Shown here: piece by piece, positions 52,049-64,000 of the stretch
Position numbering within the stretch: the stretch's first letter is position 1
Layout of the letters: each line of letters begins with the position of its first letter
Assembly (NCBI RefSeq): GCF_009914755.1
Contig: NC_060926.1
Length of the DNA: 64,000 nt
From: the human T2T-CHM13v2.0 reference genome, Homo sapiens
Direction: 5' to 3' (one strand)
Position numbers and translations under genes: made by a program
Notes under the pieces: model-generated
Databases searched by the model: none
The model's input: only the letters and a program-made list of their open reading frames with translations
What the model was told of the DNA's origin: nothing

Positions 52049-53130
52049 TTCCTAACCCATCTTCCCTGTTGTTTTCCCAGTATAGTAGACAAATCAACTT
52101 TCCAAACTCTCTTCCATTTACCCAGAAAGATACTGAGAGAGAACACAGCATTTTGCATATAGTAGAAGCTCAACAAATAACAGGCCCAGTAGAAAATTTT
52201 AGGTACAGAGACTCACAATGCATGCCTCTACCTCAGTATCTATTAACGTAAGCATGGCTTGACCAAAACAAATGTCACCCTAAAACTGTGTGCCTGCTGC
52301 TCCACAGCTGGGGAAAAGAGAATCCATTATACATTAAAAATATGCCCAGGCTGAGGCAGGAGGATCGCGTGAACCTAGGAGTTCGAGATCAGCCTAAGCA
52401 ACATACTGAGACCCCATCTCTCTAAGGGAAAAAAAAGAGAGAAGCCCAAAGCACCAAACCAATTTGTTTTCTATGTGCTCCACTGCCTAAAAGAGCAGAA
52501 AGGCAAAGAGTGGAAGAGACTAGGTCATCTAAAAAGCCAGTGGCTTTGTGCTGCTGCAAAACCACAGTATGGAAGCAAAGCAGGATCTCTACTAGGGGAG
52601 TAAAAGATTTACAGATACTACAGTTTGATGCAATGTCAAGGTTAAACCTGGTCCAATCTCCTGTCTTTGGGTAGGTCAGCAATTTATACCGCCTTTGCAA
52701 ATGAAGTTAACCTAGCCCAGGAAAACAGTAACTTGCCTAAAGAAAAACAGGTGGTAAGGACAGAGAGGCAAGCAATTTAAATAACAAGACTATGTGAGGA
52801 AAGGAAGGTCGACTGATCACAGAAGGAGCTGTTCAGGACCTACATGGACACAACATACCAAAAGCAGAAAGATGGACGTTCTGACATTCTGAGGGCCTTC
52901 ATCAGAGACCAAGCTGAGTCATAATCAGGCTAGTTTTTACCTTACAGCCTCATTCTCCAGTTGGGCACTTGTAATGCAGAAGGTACTACCTGAGCATTAA
53001 CTTTATCTGAAGACTTGGGACGGAGAGGCTGACAGGTAAAAGCATTATTTTTATTAGAAAGCCACACTGCTTGGTTCAGACCCGCCCTGCAGCTTAGCTC
53101 AGTGAGGGTGCCAGAGCTGGCTAGCTGACC

Positions 53131-53150
53131 GGCGCGCCCTCTGCTGGCTG
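53131..53150 (-). promoter_or_regulatory. CTCF core motif
   Basis: Minus strand CAGCCAGCAGAGGGCGCGCC matches CCASYAGRKGGCRS; non-repeat DNA with retained CpGs. Confidence 0.7.
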
Positions 53151-53399
53151 AGAGGTAAGAGTGAACTTTTTTTTATCATGATGGATGTGTTCCTGAAGAC
53201 TGTATCAAGTTATATTTCAAACAAAACCCTAGTGTGTATTAGTTGAGGAAACCTGTGGGAAATAATATTTGAAAATGAGAGAAAACATGATAATTATTAG
53301 TGATAATTATTATCCTCCCTTACAAACTGAATTTCTGGGGATTTTCTAAAAACAGACGACGTGTCAAAAATGAAGGTTGCCTGTGTGTCCTTGAAATCA

Positions 53400-53566
53400 C
53401 AGGGTCTTGTCACATAATGTGTAGCCCACAAACCAGCAGCTTCCGCACTTCCTGCGTACTCAGAAATGCAGAATCTCGGGCCCACCCCAGACCTCCCAAC
53501 TCAGAATCTGCATTTCAACAAGGTCCCCGGGGATTCCAATGCATATTAACATTTGAGAAGTGCTGC
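53400..53566. mobile_element. MER5A-like
   Basis: agaaatgcagaatctcgggcccaccccagacct...tcagaatctgcatttcaacaagg. Confidence 0.8.
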
Positions 53567-54217
53567 CCCAGACCTCCGTTTCCTCTGCGGAAAATATGGT
53601 TGTTAGATAAGAAGCATCTCTACGGTCGCTTATAGATCTAAAACTGTAAGATATTTAGCGTAAGAAAAAATTTACATTGAGAACTTAGGAATCTTACATG
53701 TCAAATCTTATCAGAGTGAAAACAATTATAACAAAAACCTTTATGTAAAAAATGTGTACGTTACCGGGGGTGCTATTCAGTATGTCTAAGAACCTGGGGT
53801 GCAGTGCAGGCAGGAACCAACGCATGTCGATGCCTACCAGGGCATTGGTGCGGTCCTGTGGGACTGACTCTCTGTGCCAGGAGGTGCTCTTTTAGTTGCT
53901 GGTTGGTAGGGGAAGTATTTGGAGGGATATCCAGAGGAGGGCCAGGGTTGGGGGCGAGCGTAAACACTGGGGTGAGTGGACTTAGGATATTTACTAACAA
54001 GAATAAAAGTTCTTTTCAGTATAACAATCTATAGCTGTATTCATACACAGACAAAATCAGAGTGGCCGAAGTCCAAAGTGATAATCAACTTATTACCCAA
54101 AGGTGCTGATACAAAGGAATTTAAGTCCAATGGGGGGAAAATAACTTTAAAATTCTTTGCAATTTTAACATGCATATTTCACTCAATTCCATGATATTTT
54201 ACATATATATAAAGTTA

Positions 54218-54406
<189 letters not shown>

Positions 54407-54956
54407 TTAAATTATTGTATCGATTGACTTGCAGTACAATGCTGCACCTGGAAAATAAGGTAGACTTGCCTTAATCAAGCTATAAAAGACAATGTTCTCA
54501 CAGGTTATATACAACCAATTTGTCCACATGCCAAAGGTTTATATTCATCAATTAATTGGAAATCCACTTAAAAATATTTGGATATTATTTTGTTAGTTTA
54601 GTTTAGTCCTCTGCAGCTCTTCCAGCTATCAAAAGATTTCATATGCTATTTCTGACAATGGTTCTATGTTGACCTCAGTTGAACTAAAAGAATTTGTGGA
54701 AAGGAAACTTATCCCATCTATTGTTTTCATTATGCTCAAGCAAACAACTGAAATATGATGCTGTAAAATCCAGCTGAAGGAACATTTCATACTCTGGAAT
54801 ATGCTGTTTATCTTTTCTCTTCTAACCCAAGTGCATACACAATGACTAGGAGGAGTTGTGTAAGAAGACATGGTACAAAAAGTGCTATACTTCCACCTGG
54901 TGGAGAGAAGAAAGAGCGTGGGCCATTGAACAAAGCAGTCTTTAAAAACAATAACA

Positions 54957-55220
54957 GGCCAGGCACAGTGGCTCAAGCCTGTAATCCCAGAACTTTGGAA
55001 GGCCAAGGTGGGTGGATCACCTGAGGTTGGGAGTTCAAGACCAGCCTAACCAATATGGAGAAATCCCATCTCTACTAAAAATACAAAATTAGCCAGGTGT
55101 GGTGGCACATGCCTGTAATCCCAGCTACTCAGGAGGCCCTTGAACCCAGCTGAGATTGTGCCATTGCACTCCAGCTTGGGCAACAAGAGTGAAACTCTGT
55201 CTGAAAAACACAAAACAATA
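54957..55220 (+). mobile_element. Alu (Sp-like) with right-arm deletions
   Basis: TSD aaaacaataacag. Confidence 0.9.
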
Positions 55221-55564
55221 ACAGAATCCTTTTAGGGTATTTATTGCTCCTAGCTTTTATTTTCATGGAAGAACAGATTCTTAAGTTCTTAGCCCCAAAA
55301 GAAAATAATAAACACAAAGAAAGCATTCATTCTTATGAATTCTTTCACATCTCTAGTGATTTCTATGGAAATACTGGGTTTTTCTGTTTTGTGTCATCCA
55401 TTCTTGAATGAATGTTTTGGTGACCGAATTAAATATTACATGATGACTAAGGCCAACATATTTAAATAAATCAGTCTAAGAATTAAAAATAGAAAAATTC
55501 TAATTAGTCTCAAAAACCCCACCCCACTTTATCCAGCAGAATCTTGTTAATATAACCTAATAAC

Positions 55565-55755
55565 AATTACAATAATAATGGCACTTAACATTGTTCTATA
55601 CAAATTACATAGAATGTGCACAAATATTCTATGAAGTAGGTGTTATTTTTATCCAATTATACAGATGAGAAAAGACACAGTGAAGGTAATACAGAATTAG
55701 AACCCACGGAGTGAGATTTCAAAGAACACAATTTTAATCACTACATTACACAGCC
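55565..55755 (-). mobile_element. MIR
   Basis: ctatgaagtaggtgttatttttatccaattatacagatgaga. Confidence 0.65.
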
Positions 55756-55764
55756 TCTCAGTTA

Positions 55765-56144
<380 letters not shown>

Positions 56145-56624
56145 TTAACAAAATGTCAAGTGAAAAAGTTGACTACTTGTAAATTTCTCTTGTTTCAAAT
56201 GAGTACACATTTTTTAAAACTTCTCTAATAATATTGTCTTTTCCAACTACAGATTATCTCAATGGTGAAAGAAATAATCTACTTCCACTTGCCACCATAA
56301 AAATATACAATGGAGAAAAATGTTTACCTGGATATAATGACTACTGACATACTATTTTTTACAGTGCTGCTTTTTTGAGGGGGAATGAATTCGATTTCCT
56401 CTCTTATTAAAGAAAGAAAATTCAAGCATACACACTCAAGTAACACATGGAAAATCCATCACAGATTATGTTCTGAAAGCCCTATTAGTTATACTGTATT
56501 TTTACCTATGTATTATTATTTTAAAGATATTTAGATGTGAGCATGCATACATTTGCATAGTAATAGATGGCTGGAAAGAGAGTAGGAGAAACTGGGAATT
56601 TGCTTTAGAAAGTTATTGGCATCT

Positions 56625-56785
56625 GGCTGGGAGCATTGGCTCATGCCTGTAATCCCAACACTTTTGGAGGCTGAGGTGGGAAGATCACTTGAGCCCAGGA
56701 GTTTGAGGTTACAGTGAACTATGATTGTACCACTGTATTACTTCCTGGGTGACAGAGTGAGACCCTGTCTCTAAAATAAAATGAG
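56625..56785 (+). mobile_element. Alu monomer (FRAM-like)
   Basis: TSD aaagttattgg. Confidence 0.85.
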
Positions 56786-57619
56786 ATAAAGTTATTGGTA
56801 TAAAACTTTATAGATTTGTTAATTTAACCTACTTGATAAGTACTACAGTCATTGGGGGAAACTATAAATATGACAAGAAGCTTAATTATGAAGTTTTAAT
56901 GTATGCATTATTTTATTATTTCCCTCTAGGTAGTTGATTTGATCTATTGATGTATGTTTTTTCTTTTTTCTCAACAGATTCAGTAACGACTGATTCCTCA
57001 GACTAATATTTAGATCTCATAATCACATCAACCAAACTGCTAAATACAATAAAATAAAGCTCCAGGAAATAGTACTTCACCTAGTAACCACTCAATATTT
57101 CTGTTTTCAAAAGCCCTACTATATGTTCATGGAAAATGAGTCTGAGTATGCAAGCAGGAATTAGACCAATGCCTGTAAATTCCTTTGTGGAATTTACAGC
57201 TCTAATTCCAGCTTACTAGGATTATAACAGAGTTTCTGGAGGCAGTAATTCCTACTCTCTTATTTGAGATCCAGACCAACTATCCAACTGCTTGATGAGT
57301 ATCTCTACATGAATGGACAGAATCATCTAAAAATTGGAACATTCTAAACCAAATGCCTTCTCTTCTTTCTTATCCTCTGTCCATACCCAATGTTCACAAA
57401 CATGCTCCACGTTATGCCTAAATGGCTTGTCAAGGTACATGTGGTGGGGGGCTTTGAGGTAGCCAAGGACAGTGACTGCTGCCTAAACCTAATCTCCTCA
57501 TACATCTTCCACAAAGCAATACAAATCAACCAGGACAAATAAAACCACATAAATCCAGTGCCTTCAATATAACAAGAAGACACAGGACTCTACAAACTTA
57601 GGTAGAAAAGCAAAGCCTA

Positions 57620-57971
<352 letters not shown>

Positions 57972-58652
57972 TTATCTCTTGAGCTCCCACTGTAAACCTT
58001 GGCAGAACGCAAAGATATGAGAGGGGTGAGATCTAAAAAGCTTTAAGAAAGACAGAAGAGTAAAAGAAGGGCCTAAGAAAGACTTAAGATCACCTCCTTC
58101 CCAAAGAGAAAACACATCACAAGTGTAAAAATACCCTAAGAGTGTCCTGGTAGATCAGAACACTCACTACAAGGAAGGGGTGTAAAAGTAACATGGGTCT
58201 CAAGGTGGCACTAGTCAGTGTGGCACCATTTTTGGGGAATAAAAGGACAAGAGGGAAGGGAAAGACATCTGTTGGAGACTGGACAGTGAAGGGAAAAAGA
58301 AGCGAGAAGGATACATTTGGCATCTTGCAAGACAAAAGAGAATTCTGAATTGAAGGGCATGCGAATCCTCCCATCACCACTAAGACAGGGAAAAAGTGTC
58401 ATCAATGAAAGAAACTGCATTTTACTACAGTGACAGAAAACACTCTCTTGGCCTAGGATGATAGTCAGTTACTAACAGCCAAAACCTGCCCAAGAAATGA
58501 AACAAGGGAAAGCCGTCCCCATACATGCTATTATTGTCAGAAAAAAGAAATGAGAACCCAAAAATTTCAGTTAATGAAAATCATTTACAAAAAAAAACAC
58601 ACAAAATCTAACCATGAAGCAAAAGAAAACTAACACAAACACTTCAAACTGA

Positions 58653-59071
<419 letters not shown>

Positions 59072-59749
59072 TATATTTTCACTTTTTTCTTTTGGCTATT
59101 GATGTGTAGATTTGGATAAAAAGATATAAAAAGATAGTTGATTGAACTCAGAAAAGAATAATCAGAAAAAGACAAAATCATCTCAGAAATGACTAAATTA
59201 TGAGATGCTGATAGGAGAATAGATTCAAGTGAAAATTTGATTGGGGCATTAAAGAAAGGCAGAACAGTAATTATGAGAATTAAAATGAAGAAAAAAAGGT
59301 AAAAGTTTAGACAGAAAGTTGAAATGGAGACAGGAAAAGAAGTCCGAACGTATGTACAACTGGAGTCCCTGAAGAAGACAAAACAATGAAACAGAATCAA
59401 TAGTTGAAATAATAATCCAATAAAATTTTCTGGAAATAAAATAAAATCTAATTATATCTATTGAAAAGGCCCATTAGGTAGTTGGGAAAACTGACCCAGA
59501 ACAACGAACTCCAAGACATATTTGAATAAAACAATCAAAGATAAAGAGAATACTCTCTGAGCCTCCAGACAAAAAGATTAAATAAGTGTGAGAGGATTAG
59601 AGTGACATCAGACTTATCAAGAGCAATATACATTACAAAGTAACAGTGCAGCAGCATCTTAAACTCAAGGGAAAATGAAAATCAAGGATTTTATATTCAG
59701 CCAAGGTGTGTCCTTCAAGTGCAAAGCTATAGATAAACATTTAAAAAAA

Positions 59750-60034
59750 ATTTTTTTTTTTTTTTGAGACAGGTTCTTGCTCTGTTGCTCAATCTAAAGT
59801 GCAGTGGTGCAATCATGACTCACTGCAGCCTTGACTTCCCAAGCTCAAGCAATCCTCTCACCTTAGCCTCCCAAGTAGCTGGGACCACACCTGGTTAATA
59901 TTATTTATTTATTTTTGTAAAGATGGGGTCTTGGTTTGCTGCCCAGGGCTGGTCTCAAACTCCTGGGCTAAATCGATTTTCCCACCTTGGCCTCCCAAAA
60001 TGTTGGGATTATAGGCATGAGCCTCCACACCCAG
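59750..60034 (-). mobile_element. Alu (J-type)
   Basis: Reverse dimer. Confidence 0.88.
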
Positions 60035-60354
60035 CTGATATTTTAAAACATGCAAGAACTCAAGGAATACTGTACCCCATAGTCCTCTTGAATGTATTGG
60101 TGAAAGGCCTTCATCCAATCAAGAGTTGACTGGAAAAATTTCAGCAAAAGGATTTATGGTGAGCATTTAATATACTTAAAGATCAAAGTAAAGGTAGAAA
60201 CAAGAGTGGAAGAATAAGAAAAAAATATTATAAATTCTGACAAAGTAGAAAGTAATGCAACTAAATTATGTTAAAAGAATGAAGAGGGAAAGAAAGATGA
60301 ACAAGCTTATTGATAATCAAATGGGCAATAGGTGGGAGTAAAAAATGCCATTAA

Positions 60355-60640
60355 TCTACTTAGGAGGCTGAGGCCTGAGGATTGATTGAGCTCAGGAGTT
60401 CAAGACCAGCCTGGGCAATACAGTGAGACCCTATCTCTACAAAAAGATTTTAAAAACTATCTGGGTGTGGTGGTACATGCCAGTATTCCTAGCTACTCAG
60501 GAAGCTGAGGCAGAAGGATGGTTTGAGCCTGGGAGTTCAAGGTTATAGTACTGTAGAACTATGATCATGCCACTGCACTCCAGCTTGTAGACAGAGTGAG
60601 ACCTTGTATTGAAACAACAACCACAACAACAACCACAATA
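60355..60640 (+). mobile_element. Alu (J-type)
   Basis: Forward dimer, (CAA)n tail. Confidence 0.88.
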
Positions 60641-62432
60641 ACAAACACCCCACAATTGCTATAATATTACCTAGAATGTTAAGTTTTCAACAAAAAAATT
60701 AGGAGATAAAACTGGATTTTAGGAGGAAGTAGGAAAGAAGAAGAAAGAAAAAAAAATATGAGACATGCTAAAAAAAAGGAAAGTGTGACTGATACTCAGA
60801 AAAAATAAAGTCAATAAAAATGGATTCTGAGTAGACTCAGATGTTGGATTTAGCTGACAGTCTTCAAAGCAGCTGTTATAAATATGTTCAAATAATTAAA
60901 GCAAATTATAATTTAAAGAATTAAAGAACAATATGAGGACAATGACTCAATGAAGAGGGAATTTCAATCAGAAAATGAAAATAAAAAAAAGAACCAAATG
61001 GAAATTTTAGAGTAAAAAAAAAAAAAAAAACCAGAAATGAAAAATCCTGTAGATGGGACAAACAGCAGATCTGAGATGACAGAAGAAAGAATCAGTAAAA
61101 TAGACCAATAAAAAGCAGTCAAAATGAAAGAAGAAAAACAAGATGAACAGAGCCTCAGAGACCAATGGAGGCAAAATCAATACTACCAATATACATGTAA
61201 TGAGATTCCCAGAAAGAGAGGAGTAAGTGGAAATGGCAGAAAAACAATATTTTATGAAACAATGGCCAAAACCTTCCAAATTTAATGGAAAACATTAATA
61301 TACAGGTCTTAAAAGTTCAATGAATTCCAAATAGGATAAACACAAAGAAATCCATGCCTTGATATATCATAGCCAAACTCCTGAAAGCTAAAGACAACAT
61401 CTTGAAAAGAGAGAACCATTCGTATACAAGGGAACAACAATATGCTTAATGGCTGACTCTTCATCAGAAAAACAATAGAAAACAATAAACAAAAACTGGT
61501 TCTTTGAAAAGATCAACAAAAGTGAAGCTCTAGCTAGAGTAGGCAAGAAAAAAGAAAGAAAGAAAAGTTATCAAAATTAGGACCATACTACAGAAATTAA
61601 AAAAAATGACAATATTCCAAACAAGTTTACGCAACAAAATTAGTCAAGTTGGTTGGACAAGTGCCTAGAAAGATACAAAATACCAAAATGGACTCCAGAA
61701 GAAATAGAAATCTGATTACAACCATAACAAGTAAATAAATTCAATCAGTAATTAAAAATCTGCCCACAAGGAAAGGCCCAGGATCAGATAGCATCACAGG
61801 TAAATACTACCAAACATTACCTAAGAAAAATTAGTATCAATCCTTTGCAAACTATTTGAAAACATAGAAGAGGAGGGAACATGTCTCAACTCATTCTATG
61901 TGGCCAATATCACCCTGATAGAAGTCAAAGTCAGACAAAGAAATCAGATGAAAGTCAGACAAAGAAATCACAAGAACACAGATTATTCTCATGAATGTAG
62001 ACACAAGAATCCTTAACAAAATAATTAGCAAACCAAATCTGGAAACATAAAATAGATTATATACCGTGACTCTGTGGGACTTATCTCAGGAATGCAAAGT
62101 GGATTTAATACTGAAAATCAATAATGTAAAATACCATATTAATAGAATAAAAGAAAAACATCACATGATCACCTTAGTACACACAAAAAAGGAATCTGAC
62201 AAAAGCCAACACTCATTCATGATGAATACAAGGGGACTTCCTCAAGGGCATCTGTGAAAAATCTACAGTTAACATCATGCTTAATGATGAAAGATTGAAT
62301 GTGTTACCCCTAAGACTGGAAAAAAGATGTTTGCTTTCACTATTTTTATTTATCATTGTATTGAAAGTTCTTGTCAGTGCAATAAGGCAAGAAAAAGAAA
62401 TTAAAGGCATATACATTGAAAACGAAAAGTAA

Positions 62433-62560
62433 GGTCAGGCACAGTGGCTCACACCTCTAACCCCAATAGTTTGGGAGGCCAAGGTGGGAGGATTGCTTGA
62501 GGCCAAAATTTTGAGAGCAGCCTGAGTAACACAGCAAGAACCCCATCTCTATAAAATAAA
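62433..62560 (+). mobile_element. Alu monomer (FLAM-like)
   Basis: Forward left arm. Confidence 0.85.
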
Positions 62561-63003
62561 TAGTTATTAAATGAAGTGCTCAATATATATGAATATTTTT
62601 TTAAAAAAGAAAATAAAAAGTAAAACTGTCATTATTCAGAAATGACATGATACTATCTACAGAAAATCGTAATGAATCTATAAAAAGTCTACTAGAAATA
62701 ATCACCAAGTTTGCAGTGAAGTAGGATACAAGATCAATATGCAAAATAAATCATCTTTTTATATAATGGCAACAATTTGAAAATAAAGTTAAGAAAACAA
62801 TTCCATCCAAATTAATGTAAAAATGAATAAAATACTCAGGAATACATTTAACAACTGAAGTGCAAGACCTGCATACTGAAAATTACAAAATACCATTGAA
62901 AGAAATTAAAGATCTAAATAAAAGGAGAAAAATGCCATGTTCATGGATTTGAAAACCCAGCAAGATATCAGCTTTTCATAAATTCATCTATAAACTAATT
63001 CCT

Positions 63004-63300
63004 GGCCAGGAGTGGTGGCACATGCCTGTAATCCCAGCTCTTTGGGAGGCTGAGGCAGAAGGATTACTTGAGCCGAAAAGTTTGAGACAAGCCCGGTCAA
63101 CATAGTGAGACCCTATCTCTAAAAAAATAAAAAATAATTAGCCAGGTTCTAGTGGCCCTCGCCTGTGGTCTCAGCTGCTTGGGATGTTGAGGCGGGAGGA
63201 TCACCTGAGCCCAGGAGTTTGAGGCTACATTGAGTTATGATTATGCCACTGCACTCTAGCCTAGGCAATGCAGCAAGACCCTGTCTCTAAAAAGCCAAAA
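63004..63300 (+). mobile_element. Alu (J-type)
   Basis: Forward dimer. Confidence 0.9.
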
Positions 63301-63597
63301 TGAACAAAATTAAACAAAATTAATTCCTTATACAAATTCCAACAGGCTTTATTTGGACAGAAATTGAAACTAAGATTTATACGGAAATGCATACGACCCA
63401 GAATAGCCAAATCAACTTTGAAAAAGAACAAATTTAGAATATTTATATTAAAAATTTATCTTAAATTTGACTTAAAATTTTACTATAAAGTTATGGTAAA
63501 TCAAGACTGTGGTACCAGCATAAAGACATATATCAATGAAACATAATAATGAGTCAAGAAATAAACCCTTCTATTTATGGTCAATTGACTTTTAAAA

Positions 63598-63910
<313 letters not shown>

Positions 63911-64000
63911 TGACTTTTGACAAAGTTGCTGCAGCAATTCGACAAGGAAAGAATAGTCTTTTCAACAAATGATACTAGGACCATTGGATATCCATATGCA

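Noticed and set aside
54890-54907. Second CTCF-like site (CCACCAGGTGGAAG on minus)
   Set aside because: Lacks the conserved C after GG; too weak without ChIP data

Overview
Primate (most likely human) genomic DNA, dense in Alu (about 55 copies) with L1, L2, MIR, LTR and DNA-transposon fossils. It holds the complete coding region of CDKL4 (cyclin-dependent kinase-like 4) on the minus strand. I reconstructed it by hand from GT-AG exons: 54391-54224, 50801-50680, 38327-38255, 29470-29380, 15352-15155, 12561-12479, 9595-9539 and 4270-4136 (309 aa shared). Three alternative C-termini follow: intron read-through VLPLKS* (315 aa), a terminal exon at 3708-3496 whose stop and poly(A) signals lie in an L2 fossil (379 aa), and the distal exon 1045-944 ending FDHLPNI* (342 aa). 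The ATG exon has a splice acceptor, so transcription starts further upstream (higher coordinates), possibly beyond the window. Nearly all ORF-track entries are Alu, L1 or low-complexity artefacts. No new multi-gene system is evident. The most interesting signals are TE-derived candidate exons in the kinase (an in-frame Alu cassette, a MIR poison exon, the L2-ended tail), two non-canonical kinase residues (T10, Q149), CpG-retaining intronic patches, a CTCF motif, a nested L1-in-L1 with intact TSDs, and a fold-back hairpin in an Alu tail. Repeat boundaries and subfamily names are by eye and approximate.
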